From the IMG/VR virus record IMGVR_UViG_3300010370_006650, positions 1 through 58,619 of that record: a stretch of 58,619 bases of DNA, one strand, 5' to 3'. The translations under genes and the position numbers were made by a program. A model generated the notes under the pieces. The model worked only from the letters and a program-made list of their open reading frames with translations. It was not told where the DNA came from and searched no databases. Source of the stretch: a virus (lineage: Duplodnaviria > Caudoviricetes). Position 1 is the first letter of the stretch. The number at the start of each line of letters is the position of its first letter. Below are positions 26,881 through 36,428 of the stretch, piece by piece.

Positions 26881-28329
26881 ATGTTAGACAACGAAAACAA
26901 GACGACCAAAGTAACTTTCGGTACGTACGGTAAATCATTCCAAGAAAAAATTGGACAAGCGTTATTGACGGATCCACGATGGGCCGAGCAGATGATGGAG
27001 GTTTTTGATTCTTCTTATTTCGAGTTGAAATATCTCCAGTTTCTTGCCGACAGGTACTTTGCCTATTCTAAGAAGTACAAAGTATTTCCAACGTTGCAAC
27101 TTCTTGTGACCATTATTCGTGAGGATCTTAAGGTCGGTACCGATACTATCCTTCGAGATCAGATCATTGAATACCTCCAGCGTATGAAGGCGAATCCAGA
27201 TCCAGGCGATCTACAATTTGTCAAGGATAAGTCTCTTGATTTTTGTCGCAAGCAAGCTCTAAAGGCAGCGCTTGAAGACGCAGTCGATCAAATGCAAGCA
27301 GAAAAGTACGAATCGATTGTAGATTCAATTCGAAAGGCCGTTCTGGTTGGAACAGCGCCAGCTCTTGGTCACGACTTTTTTGCAGATTACGAAGCTCGTT
27401 TTACTAGACTTCAACGAAACTGCGTCGCGACAGGTCTTGATGATCTTGATCGTAAAGAGATTCTAAATGGAGGCCTCGGCGCTGGTGAAATTGGCGTTAT
27501 CGTCGCAGCTACAGGCGTCGGCAAATCTCACTTTCTTACGATGCTCGGCGCAAATGCCTTGAAGCAAGGCAAGAATGTTTTGCACTACACGTTTGAGCTG
27601 TCAGAAACAGCGGTCGGTGTTCGATACGATTCTAATCTTTGCGATATGGAATCGAATCAAGTCATCGACAGAAAAGAAGAAGTGCTCGAGAAGTACAAGG
27701 AAATGAAACTTGGCAGACTAATCATCAAGGAGTTTCCTACGAATACTGCGTCGATCTATACAGTTCGGTCACACATCGAACGTTTGGACGTCAAGGGTTT
27801 TAGACCAGATCTAATCGTTATCGACTACGCCGACATTATGCGTTCAACCAGACAATACGATTCTTTGCGCCACGAATTAAAACTAATCTATGAAGAGTTA
27901 AGAGGATTTGCGTCCGAAAAGGGCATTCCAGTCTGGACGGCTTCCCAATCGAACAAAGAAGGTTCTAATAGTGACGTCGTCGATCTTAGCAACATGTCTG
28001 AAGCTTATGGAAAGGCGATGGTCGCAGACGTAGTCCTATCTATCTCGAGAAAGTCCCACGAAAAGGCGACAGGTTGGGGACGACTATTCGTAGCAAAGAA
28101 TCGAGCAGGTAGAGATGGTCTGGTTTTCCCAATTAAGATAGATACTGCTCGCAGTAAATTTGAAATTGCCGGACAGGCAGGCAATATGGAAGAAACCAAA
28201 TTAGACGACGAAGCGGCGCAAAAACAAGCTTTACGCGCCAAATGGCGAGAACTTAAAAATGATTTTTCAACCTCGCGAAAAGAACATCACGAAGAATCGA
28301 CAAATTCGATAACGGTAGCAGGACATTGA
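26881..28329 (+). CDS. dnaB: Replicative DNA helicase (DnaB / T4 gp41 family)
   Basis: Walker A ATGVGKS, YTFELSE, IVIDYADIM, WTASQSN, VAKNRAG. Confidence 0.93.
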   Translation: MLDNENKTTKVTFGTYGKSFQEKIGQALLTDPRWAEQMMEVFDSSYFELKYLQFLADRYFAYSKKYKVFPTLQLLVTIIREDLKVGTDTILRDQIIEYLQRMKANPDPGDLQFVKDKSLDFCRKQALKAALEDAVDQMQAEKYESIVDSIRKAVLVGTAPALGHDFFADYEARFTRLQRNCVATGLDDLDRKEILNGGLGAGEIGVIVAATGVGKSHFLTMLGANALKQGKNVLHYTFELSETAVGVRYDSNLCDMESNQVIDRKEEVLEKYKEMKLGRLIIKEFPTNTASIYTVRSHIERLDVKGFRPDLIVIDYADIMRSTRQYDSLRHELKLIYEELRGFASEKGIPVWTASQSNKEGSNSDVVDLSNMSEAYGKAMVADVVLSISRKSHEKATGWGRLFVAKNRAGRDGLVFPIKIDTARSKFEIAGQAGNMEETKLDDEAAQKQALRAKWRELKNDFSTSRKEHHEESTNSITVAGH

Positions 28330-28369
28330 GTTATAGTTATTTAACTAATCGTTAAGCTTGGAGAAACAA

Positions 28370-30946
28370 ATGAACACATTTACTCGTGACGAAGCTTTCA
28401 CGGCATCCTTGAAGTATTTTAGTGGCGACGAACTAGCGGCAAGCGTATTCGTAGACAAATATGCCTTGAGAAATCCAAATGGACAATTGTTGGAACTTAC
28501 TCCTTCCGACATGCATCGTCGCCTCGCCCGCGAATTTGCTAGGATCGAGGCTAAGTATCCTAATCCTCTTTCTGAAAAAGAGATCTTTTGTTTGCTAGCA
28601 GACGTCGAACACCTCGACGTCGCACAAAAAGACAGGATGTCTATTGAAGAGCTAGCGAAGGAATCTAGGGGATTAGGACCAGTCGTTCCCCAGGGTTCTC
28701 CTATGTCAGCAATTGGTAACGATTTCCAGTACCAGTCGCTGTCAAACTGCTTCGTCATTCAGTCGCCTTATGATTCCTACGCAGGTATTCTTAAGGCCGA
28801 CCAAGAACAAGCTCAAATCATGAAGCGTCGTGGCGGTGTTGGTTTCGATATCTCTACGATTCGTCCAAAGGGTATCGTCACAGCCAACGCAGCTCGTACC
28901 ACCGATGGTATCGGCGTCTTCATGGAGAGGTTCTCCAATACCTGCCGTGAGGTTGCTCAAGGTGGTCGTCGTGGTGCCTTGATGTTGACCATTGATGTTC
29001 ACCATCCAGAAATTCGCACGTTCGTCAATATCAAGCGAGACCTTAAGAAGGTTACCGGTGCTAACATCTCTATCCGTCTTACAGACGAGTTTATGCAGGC
29101 AGTGAAGGATGGCGGAAAAGCTCACCTTAGGTTCCCAGTAGAGAAGGATGCTAAGCATTCTATCGAAGAGTGGGTCGACGCTAAGCAACTTTGGCACGAG
29201 ATCATTGAGGCAGCTTGGGCATCCGCAGAGCCAGGCTTGCTTTTCTGGGATACAGTGAAGAAGAGAACTCCAACAGAGGCATACGCTTCTTGCGGTTATG
29301 GTTCGACTTCTACAAATCCGTGTGGTGAGATCGTTCTTTCTCCATACGATTCTTGCAGATTGCTTCTCGTCAATCTCTATAAGTTCGTCAAGAATCCATT
29401 CACTTCCGCCGCGGCTTTTGACAACGAAAGATTCAAGGACGTTGCTGTCAAGGCCCAAAGACTCATGGACGATTTGATCGACCTGGAGATCGAGGCGGTA
29501 GATAAGATTATCACCAAGATCCAAAATGATCCAGAACCTGAAGAAGTCAAACAAGCCGAGCTCGATCTTTGGAACAAGATTAAGAAGGCGGCTCTTGGTG
29601 GAAGAAGGACTGGGTTGGGTATCACGGCCCTCGGCGATACTCTAGCGGCGATGGGGTTCGTCTACGGCTCGAAGATTTCTATCCAGATGACAGAGTCTCT
29701 CTATAAGGCGTTGGCTCTATCTGCCTATCGTTCGACGGTAACGATGGCAGCAGAGCGTGGTGCATTCCCTGTCTTTTCTCACAAGCTTGAGGAGAAGCAT
29801 CCGTTCATCCAACAAATTCTCGAGTCAGACCCCGACCTCGTAAAGGATTATAAGAAGCATGGTCGCCGAAACATCGCTCTAACGACGACTGCGCCAGCTG
29901 GTTCTGTTTCTGTTCTTACGCAAACGACAAGTGGTATCGAACCGGCGTTCATGCTCTTCTACAAGCGCCGCAAGAAGGTCAACGGTGATGATCCAAACAC
30001 CAGAGTCGACTTCGTCGATCCGCTCGGCGACAAGTGGCAAGAGTTCATGGTCTACCACCACGCTTTCAAGAAGTGGATGGAGGTCAATCATAAGACCGAG
30101 GAGCGCGTTGCAGAGTCTCCATATCATGGCGGTACAGCCAATGAGATCGACTGGGTTGCCAAGGTGGATCTACAAGCGGCAGCGCAGAAGTGGATCTGCC
30201 ATTCTATCTCTAACACTACCAATATTCCAAACTCAACTTCTGTCGACGTTGTTAAGGACATCTACATGAAGGGTTGGGAGACTGGATGTAAGGGCGTCAC
30301 TATCTATCGTGATGGTTGTCGAACCGGCGTCCTTGTGGCCGAGACGAAGAAGGAAGAGAAGAAGGTTGATGGTCAACCGGAAGCTTTGGTAGAAAGCCAC
30401 GCGCCAAAACGACCCAAGGAATTACCTTGCGATATTCACAGAATAAACGTGAGGTCAGGAAACGACAATGAGTCGTATCTTGTATTGGTTGGTAGGTTAG
30501 CTGATAAGCCTTACGAGATCTTCTGTGGGTTGTCTCAACATGTCGAAGTTCCGAAGAAGGCTAAGACGGGTCTTCTTATCAAGAATGGTAAGAAAGACGG
30601 TGTAGCAACTTATAATCTCCAGATTCCAATTGGCGACGACGACCACCTTCTTTTCAAGGACGTTGTCGAATTATTTGCAAATCCTAATCACGGTGCCATG
30701 ACAAGGACGTTGTCGCTAGCACTTCGACACGGTGTACCAGTTCAATACGTCGTTGAACAATTACAAAAGGATAAGCACAGTGGTCTACAGTCTTTCTCTA
30801 AGGCTGTTTCTAGAGTCCTAAAGACTTACATTCCTGATGGAACTAAGTCGCAATCAGACAAGACTTGTTCTTCTTGCGGAGTTGAAGGCTTGATTTACAA
30901 AGAAGGTTGTGTTACGTGTGCGTCGTGCGGCTGGTCAAAATGTTGA
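28370..30946 (+). CDS. nrdJ: Class II (adenosylcobalamin-dependent) ribonucleotide reductase
   Basis: LSNCFV, GGVG, RRGA, STNPCGE, CRL, APAGS, SGIEP, GCKGVTIYRDG, C-terminal EGCVTCASCGWSKC; no nrdB beside it. Confidence 0.93.
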   Translation: MNTFTRDEAFTASLKYFSGDELAASVFVDKYALRNPNGQLLELTPSDMHRRLAREFARIEAKYPNPLSEKEIFCLLADVEHLDVAQKDRMSIEELAKESRGLGPVVPQGSPMSAIGNDFQYQSLSNCFVIQSPYDSYAGILKADQEQAQIMKRRGGVGFDISTIRPKGIVTANAARTTDGIGVFMERFSNTCREVAQGGRRGALMLTIDVHHPEIRTFVNIKRDLKKVTGANISIRLTDEFMQAVKDGGKAHLRFPVEKDAKHSIEEWVDAKQLWHEIIEAAWASAEPGLLFWDTVKKRTPTEAYASCGYGSTSTNPCGEIVLSPYDSCRLLLVNLYKFVKNPFTSAAAFDNERFKDVAVKAQRLMDDLIDLEIEAVDKIITKIQNDPEPEEVKQAELDLWNKIKKAALGGRRTGLGITALGDTLAAMGFVYGSKISIQMTESLYKALALSAYRSTVTMAAERGAFPVFSHKLEEKHPFIQQILESDPDLVKDYKKHGRRNIALTTTAPAGSVSVLTQTTSGIEPAFMLFYKRRKKVNGDDPNTRVDFVDPLGDKWQEFMVYHHAFKKWMEVNHKTEERVAESPYHGGTANEIDWVAKVDLQAAAQKWICHSISNTTNIPNSTSVDVVKDIYMKGWETGCKGVTIYRDGCRTGVLVAETKKEEKKVDGQPEALVESHAPKRPKELPCDIHRINVRSGNDNESYLVLVGRLADKPYEIFCGLSQHVEVPKKAKTGLLIKNGKKDGVATYNLQIPIGDDDHLLFKDVVELFANPNHGAMTRTLSLALRHGVPVQYVVEQLQKDKHSGLQSFSKAVSRVLKTYIPDGTKSQSDKTCSSCGVEGLIYKEGCVTCASCGWSKC

Positions 30947-30999
30947 GCTATTTATCCACAAACTAAGCAACTTTTACAACCCATCAAATAGTTATTAAC

Positions 31000-32007
31000 A
31001 TGATAACATGTCTTATCTGTTCAATAACATTTTCAAACAACATAGGTGGACAATTAACAAGTCACCTAAAAGATGCTCACAATATTTCTTTGAAGGATTA
31101 TGTCATTAAATTTGATTACGATGGAAATCCTCCAAAATGTGAATGTGGTATCTGCGAAGATATTCCCGTTTTTTCTAGAGGAAGTTTTCAAAGATATGCT
31201 TTAAATCATCACAAATTTAATGTTAGAGAAAAGTTGTACATTCAAAAATATGGCAGTCCTAAATGTTATGAATGTCAAAATCCAGTAAAGTTTGATAGAG
31301 GTACTCCAAGAAAATATTGCTCTGCAAAGTGCGTCGGAAAAAACGTAGGTTTTTCTTTATCTGAGACGCAGAATACAATTAAAAAAGTCGTTCAAGAAAA
31401 ATACGGGGTTTCTAATGTTTCCAACTTAGACTCTACGAAATCCAAAATTTCAGCTTCTAATTCAGGAAAAACCTGGAAGATGAACGATGAAGGAAAGAAA
31501 AAGATTAGTGAAGCTTCAAAAAAGCAATGGACAAATCAAGAATACAGACAAAAAATGTCTGAAGTTGTTTATTCGAAAGACGAACTACAACGGCGTTCAA
31601 GGTGGTTAAAAGAGAAAAATCAAGACCCAAAATTCAGAGAAAAAAACTTTAAGAATCACAAAAATAGACTCAGTAAACTTCATCAAAAAATTAGAGAAAA
31701 ATTGAGCCTTGATGATCTAGGCTTTGTTTCTGAACAAAGAGTTTTGAAATATTTTGTTGATGAGTTAAATGAGAAAAAAAAGTTAATCGTTGAGATTTAT
31801 GGCGATTATCCTCATGCAAATCCTAAAAAGTATTCAGAAGATTTTGTTGTAAGATTACATGGTCAATCGTTTACCGCTGCAGAGAAACGAGAACAAGACT
31901 TATTAAGAAAAAACAAGTTAGAAGAAGCTGGATATACTGTCATCGTTGTCTGGGAATCTGATGACATTGAAGAAAAGAAGAAAGAAATAATGAATCGTGT
32001 AGAATAG
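31000..32007 (+). CDS. Homing endonuclease-like protein: Zn-binding N-terminus, NUMOD-like linker, Vsr/DUF559-type nuclease
   Basis: CLIC..H..H, PKCECG, YCSAKC, YFVDE..IVEIYGDYPH..D..GYTVIVVWESD; AT-rich. Confidence 0.75.
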   Translation: MITCLICSITFSNNIGGQLTSHLKDAHNISLKDYVIKFDYDGNPPKCECGICEDIPVFSRGSFQRYALNHHKFNVREKLYIQKYGSPKCYECQNPVKFDRGTPRKYCSAKCVGKNVGFSLSETQNTIKKVVQEKYGVSNVSNLDSTKSKISASNSGKTWKMNDEGKKKISEASKKQWTNQEYRQKMSEVVYSKDELQRRSRWLKEKNQDPKFREKNFKNHKNRLSKLHQKIREKLSLDDLGFVSEQRVLKYFVDELNEKKKLIVEIYGDYPHANPKKYSEDFVVRLHGQSFTAAEKREQDLLRKNKLEEAGYTVIVVWESDDIEEKKKEIMNRVE

Positions 32008-32026
32008 TTATTGAGCGGAGCACAAC

Positions 32027-32482
32027 ATGAAACTAAAGCAACTTCAACAAGAAAGAATCGAACAAATCATTAGAGAAGAGATGCGCGGCCTCAAAGAAGG
32101 TTGGGAGGCAGCAAATAAACTAAATCGAGTTTCTTCTCTTAACGAAAAAAATCTTTTTGAAGGTGAAACTCCTCTCGAGCAAGACATGTCTGCAGGTTCT
32201 CTTTCTTCTGCTTTGGAACAAACCTCTATGGACTCTGCACAGGCTTGTATCGTAGATTTCGATAACGAGTTACTAAAGCATATCGCTTCGGTTCTAAAGA
32301 GCCATGGATTACTCGCCGCTGGTGACGACGCTGGTAGCGTTTATGAAATGTTAGCTGATTTTGATGAAGACGCAATGGTTCTAGCGCAACAAGAATGTGC
32401 GTCTGATATCGTGGCTGCTCTTGAAAAATACATTTCTGAAATGGCTGTTTTGGCAGCTGGTGTATATTCGGGTCACGAATGA
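32027..32482 (+). CDS. Hypothetical acidic late protein (IEQIIREE leader)
   Basis: GGAG RBS, ATAGTTA upstream. Confidence 0.7.
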   Translation: MKLKQLQQERIEQIIREEMRGLKEGWEAANKLNRVSSLNEKNLFEGETPLEQDMSAGSLSSALEQTSMDSAQACIVDFDNELLKHIASVLKSHGLLAAGDDAGSVYEMLADFDEDAMVLAQQECASDIVAALEKYISEMAVLAAGVYSGHE

Positions 32483-32772
32483 TGAAAAAAGAAGCACTTC
32501 CTCCACTTACGCGAATATCCGTCAAGGATCTTCGACGATTAGTTAGGGAAGAATATGCCCGTGGCATTCCTGACTTTGTGACGACTAACGCAGCTTCTAA
32601 TTGTGCAGAAGAAATGAAGCGTCACCTAGTAAGATACGTGCAACAAAAGGCTAATAATCCCCAAATGCAAAGAGAACTTCTGGGTCGCGCTAATGCCTCA
32701 CTTGAAGACATGGAAAAGGAACTTAAGCAGGTTATTGAAAAGCACATGATGGCTTTTATCTACAACGTTTAA
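32479..32772 (+). CDS. Hypothetical protein (DLRRLVREE motif)
   Basis: ATGA overlap with upstream gene. Confidence 0.7.
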   Translation: MMKKEALPPLTRISVKDLRRLVREEYARGIPDFVTTNAASNCAEEMKRHLVRYVQQKANNPQMQRELLGRANASLEDMEKELKQVIEKHMMAFIYNV

Positions 32773-32812
32773 AGCTTTATAAAGCGAAGGCATGATGTGT
32801 TATTATGCTGTC

Positions 32813-33472
32813 ATGCCTTCGCAACAGAACAAAGTAGAGTTAATTGGCTATTATGGATCGGATGAAACTCATGCCCTTTCAGCTTGGACGTCAACGTCGA
32901 GAGACCTGACTGAAGACAAGAAAAATAGAATCCCTAAACTACTTAAGATGCTCGCAGAAAACGGGCATGAAACGCCTTTTGAAAAGTCTTCGCTACATTT
33001 TCTTGTAACGACAGAGATAGCTACACACGCGCAACTCCTTAAACATCGCATCGGCGTCTCTATCAACGCCGAGTCTGCTCGTTATAAAGAGCTCAAGGAC
33101 GATAAGTACTATGTTCCAGTCGATTGGGACCTCGAAGAACGTGAGCAATATATCGAACACATGGAAGCGAGTCTTCAAAAGTACCACAGTACGTTAGAAC
33201 GCTTGGTACAAAAAGGGATGAGTCGTAAGCGTGCAAAGGAATCGGCTAGGCTTTATCTTCCATACGGTAATCAAATTACGGCTGACGTAATGTTTAATTT
33301 CCGTAGTTTTGTTCATTTCCTACGCTTGAGATATTCTGATCATGCTCAAGTCGAAATTAAAGACATCGCAAAGCAAATGTTGGACTTGGTCGTAGAAACC
33401 AATTCGTTCTCAGCTACTCTTGAGGCGTTTGGGTTGATGAATGGAAATGAATTAAGAGGACCGTTTACATGA
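32813..33472 (+). CDS. thyX: Flavin-dependent thymidylate synthase ThyX
   Basis: GHETPFE, QLLKHR..SINAESARY, KESARLYLP, NFRSFVHFLRLR..HAQVEI. Confidence 0.95.
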   Translation: MPSQQNKVELIGYYGSDETHALSAWTSTSRDLTEDKKNRIPKLLKMLAENGHETPFEKSSLHFLVTTEIATHAQLLKHRIGVSINAESARYKELKDDKYYVPVDWDLEEREQYIEHMEASLQKYHSTLERLVQKGMSRKRAKESARLYLPYGNQITADVMFNFRSFVHFLRLRYSDHAQVEIKDIAKQMLDLVVETNSFSATLEAFGLMNGNELRGPFT

Positions 33473-34065
33473 GCAAATTAATCGTTATTGAAGGCGCCGA
33501 TCGGTGTGGTAAAGCGACGCAAGCAAGGTTGCTTCGCGAATATATGGCCAGCTTTGGCATTATGTCGACCATCGTCGAAGTACCAATTAGGTCTGTCGTT
33601 ACGTATAGAGTCGTATATTGGATGCTTCAGAATGGCCTCGCCAAAAAATTCCCAAAAACATTTCAAGTATTACAGTTCCTTAATAGAAAGATTTTTCAGA
33701 TCTTTTCTTTGCCTCGTTTAGAAAGCGAGTACGATGTTATTATCTTTGATAGATGGAGCCTATCCACGATAGTGTACGGCGGCGCTTCTGGCGTATCAGA
33801 CGAATTTACGACGCGATTATCAAAACTGTTGCGTCAACCTGATCACACATTCATACTTTTAGGACAATCTTTTCCACACGAAGCTGAAGATGTTTATGAA
33901 GCAGACAAGACTTTGCAGGAAGAGGTAAGACTACGTTACGCTGCCTGGGCGCTAAACAATCCAGACAAGACAACTGTGATTAACTGTCGTCAAAATAAGA
34001 AAAAGATATCTAAAGAGATTAGAGAAATTTTAAAGTCTAAAAAGATTGTTTCAAACTTTCGATAA
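33469..34065 (+). CDS. tmk: Thymidylate kinase
   Basis: IVIEGADRCGKATQ, IFDRWSLST..YG, PDHTFIL. Confidence 0.9.
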   Translation: MSKLIVIEGADRCGKATQARLLREYMASFGIMSTIVEVPIRSVVTYRVVYWMLQNGLAKKFPKTFQVLQFLNRKIFQIFSLPRLESEYDVIIFDRWSLSTIVYGGASGVSDEFTTRLSKLLRQPDHTFILLGQSFPHEAEDVYEADKTLQEEVRLRYAAWALNNPDKTTVINCRQNKKKISKEIREILKSKKIVSNFR

Positions 34066-34120
34066 AAACATGAATTGATACAAATTTTTGTCTTATTGTA
34101 TGATGTGAAAGAGGTAAATT

Positions 34121-34363
34121 ATGAGCTATAAGATTTCAGATTCTGTTGCGATGCGTTTTATTCAAATTTTTCAAGAAGCCGTTCTTTTAGGCATCGATGG
34201 TGCAGATCTTATGCGACAGGTTAGATTAGTTGTTGATGAAACAACGCCTGATACAGTTACATTATGTCCTGCATACGAAAAGCAAGTAGCCGAAATGCAC
34301 CAAAAGTATTTGGAGGAAGCTGAGCTGCTAAAGACATCTTCTACTGACGTTTTTTCTAGCTGA
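34121..34363 (+). CDS. Hypothetical protein
   Basis: GAGG RBS; TTGATA-18nt-TATGAT upstream. Confidence 0.75.
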   Translation: MSYKISDSVAMRFIQIFQEAVLLGIDGADLMRQVRLVVDETTPDTVTLCPAYEKQVAEMHQKYLEEAELLKTSSTDVFSS

Positions 34364-34371
34364 AGCGTTTC

Positions 34372-34452
34372 ATGACGCCGTCGTTAGTTTTTATAATTAT
34401 CGTTTTTAGTTTTCTTACTATTTTGAGATTTTCTATTAGCGAGGATGATTAA
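34372..34452 (+). CDS. Possible 26-aa membrane peptide (MTPSLVFIIIVFSFLTILRFSISEDD)
   Basis: Exactly fills the gap; stop abuts next ATG; single hydrophobic stretch; no clear RBS. Confidence 0.4.
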   Translation: MTPSLVFIIIVFSFLTILRFSISEDD

Positions 34453-34818
34453 ATGGATAAGCTTCAACAGATGTGGACTCAACAGGAGTCCTTTATGCGA
34501 CTTTTGCAAAAGAAAAGAAATTTTCCCGAGTTTCCAGTAGACGTAGCATCAAAGGGCGGTCAAAAATTTCTTAAGGGAATTACTCACGAATGTATGCACG
34601 AGCTTTTCGAAGCTAATATGATGCTGAAAAACTCAAAAGACCATAGAGCGACCGACGTTACCGAATTTGATAAAGATTCTTACGTAGAAGAACTTGTCGA
34701 TGCGCTTCACTATTTTTTTGAGATCGCTATTACAAGTGGTATTTCGATGGACGAGTTACACGAAGCCTATATGAAGAAGGGTCAAATCAATATCGATCGT
34801 ATTGAGAACGGTTATTAA
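34453..34818 (+). CDS. All-alpha NTP pyrophosphatase (dimeric dUTPase/dCTPase/MazG-like)
   Basis: HELFEA..K..H..EELVDALHYF..YMKKGQINIDRIENGY. Confidence 0.8.
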   Translation: MDKLQQMWTQQESFMRLLQKKRNFPEFPVDVASKGGQKFLKGITHECMHELFEANMMLKNSKDHRATDVTEFDKDSYVEELVDALHYFFEIAITSGISMDELHEAYMKKGQINIDRIENGY

Positions 34819-34907
34819 AAAGCGCCGAGGGGGGGTTCCAATTTTTTAAATCGTGGTTATCATATACTTGTAACGGTTGATGAACCGTTTAAGGAGGAAT
34901 TACACAA

Positions 34908-35267
34908 ATGTTAGTTCGGTATAATGACACGATGCGTACACCCATGTTTGATCTGCTCGATTCTTTTAAACTTTTTAGCGATTATGAAAGAAAAGCTTCT
35001 AGGTATCGAAACGACACGATCGATGAGGAAGGCGTAAAAATTGAATTGCCTGGCATTAAAGCCTCAGACGTCGACGTCACTGTCGATGGTCGATCGCTTA
35101 AAGTTACAGGTAAATCACGTCATGGAACTGAATTTAGTTATTTGTATACGCTGAAGTCGACCGTTGATGAAACTGCTATTACTGCTAGACTAGTTGATGG
35201 TTTACTTACGATTTCGCTACCGAAGAAAGATGAGCACTCCGCTAGAAAAATTACTGTTACTACTTAG
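34908..35267 (+). CDS. Small heat shock protein (Hsp20)
   Basis: IELPGIKASDVDVTVDGRSLKVTG, ITARLVDGLLTISLPK, RKITV; AAGGAGG RBS. Confidence 0.9.
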   Translation: MLVRYNDTMRTPMFDLLDSFKLFSDYERKASRYRNDTIDEEGVKIELPGIKASDVDVTVDGRSLKVTGKSRHGTEFSYLYTLKSTVDETAITARLVDGLLTISLPKKDEHSARKITVTT

Positions 35268-35294
35268 TCTGTTATAGCTGCTGCGAGTTGTTAG

Positions 35295-35324
35295 AAGGCC
35301 CGAGAAACTCGGGCCTTTTTTATT
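35295..35324 (+). terminator. Intrinsic terminator after Hsp20
   Basis: AAGGCCCGAG-AAA-CTCGGGCCTT followed by T run. Confidence 0.85.
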
Positions 35325-35370
35325 GATTTGTTTTATGTAAAACGAAACCTTGTGAGTATACAATCGAGAC

Positions 35371-35787
35371 ATGTCACCAGAAAAAGATGCAGATCTCTGT
35401 AAAAAGTATCCATTAATTTTTAAGCATCGCAATGGATCAATCATGGATACCTGCATGGCTTGGGGATTTGAATGCGGAGATGGATGGTTCGACCTCCTCG
35501 ATACACTTTGTAGCGAGATTCAACGTTATGTAGACTGGAAGTCGAAGGATTTTTCGCAAGAAGAAAAAGAGTCTCTACAAGTTATTGCTTCACAAGTTAA
35601 AGAAAAATTTGGAACGTTGCGATTTTATTATTACGGCGGCGATGAAGCCATTGGCGGCATGGTCGACCTGGCCGAAGCTCTTAGCGCCAAAATTTGCGAA
35701 GACTGTGGTTTTCCAGGAAAACTGCGTTCAAGCGGTTGGCATAGAACCGTTTGCGATTCGTGCGAAGGTAAGAGAAAAAATTTCTAA
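35371..35787 (+). CDS. Conserved phage hypothetical protein with C-terminal Zn ribbon
   Basis: GFECGDGW..QVKEKFGTLRFY..CEDCG..GWHRTVCDSC. Confidence 0.75.
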   Translation: MSPEKDADLCKKYPLIFKHRNGSIMDTCMAWGFECGDGWFDLLDTLCSEIQRYVDWKSKDFSQEEKESLQVIASQVKEKFGTLRFYYYGGDEAIGGMVDLAEALSAKICEDCGFPGKLRSSGWHRTVCDSCEGKRKNF

Positions 35788-35818
35788 ATTCAAATAGGAA
35801 AATTGGATATTTATGTAT

Positions 35819-36370
35819 ATGCCTCGGGTTTTGTTGCTCAACGCCGATTGGTCACCCTTACAGTTCATTACCGACATAAGGGCATTGCGACTATTGATGA
35901 AAGGTCGCGCTGAAGTTATAACGCTTGATGAAACGCCAAGTATGTGGGACGAATATTACACTACTGTTTCTAGTAACTACCAGATCCCCGCAACGATTCG
36001 TTTGAATTTTCGTGTAAGCGTTAATCCCTCAGTAGCAAGGTTTAGAAAGAGAATCTTGTATAATCGTGATGATTGGTCTTGTCAATATTGCAATAAAAAG
36101 TTGGGCTGGAGTAACGTAACAATTGATCACGTAGTTCCAAAATGCAGAGGTGGTAAAACGACCTGGAAGAATTGCGTGGTTTGTTGCAAGATTTGTAACA
36201 GAAACAAAGGCTCCAAATTGTTGCACGAAGCTAACATGAAGCTATTGAAACAACCTTCAGAACCAAAGTTAATCCATTTTTGGAATTTAAGTGAAAAACA
36301 AAGTTGGCATAACGATTGGACTACTTTCGTCAATCCTCGCGACGCTTATTCGTCTTATGCAGTAGAATAA
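35819..36370 (+). CDS. HNH endonuclease (McrA-like)
   Basis: VLLLNADWSPL, RDDWSCQYC, TIDHVVPKCRGGKTTWKNCVVCCKICNRNKG. Confidence 0.9.
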   Translation: MPRVLLLNADWSPLQFITDIRALRLLMKGRAEVITLDETPSMWDEYYTTVSSNYQIPATIRLNFRVSVNPSVARFRKRILYNRDDWSCQYCNKKLGWSNVTIDHVVPKCRGGKTTWKNCVVCCKICNRNKGSKLLHEANMKLLKQPSEPKLIHFWNLSEKQSWHNDWTTFVNPRDAYSSYAVE

Positions 36371-36428
36371 AATAACTTTCGTAAAAATTGTCGAAGATGG
36401 TGTATATTTAGCATTCAGGAGTCTGTTC

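Noticed and set aside
7957-29554. Long antisense ORFs (7957-8667, 23716-24294, 28742-29554 and similar)
   Set aside because: Shadows of well-supported plus-strand genes with no motifs or RBS
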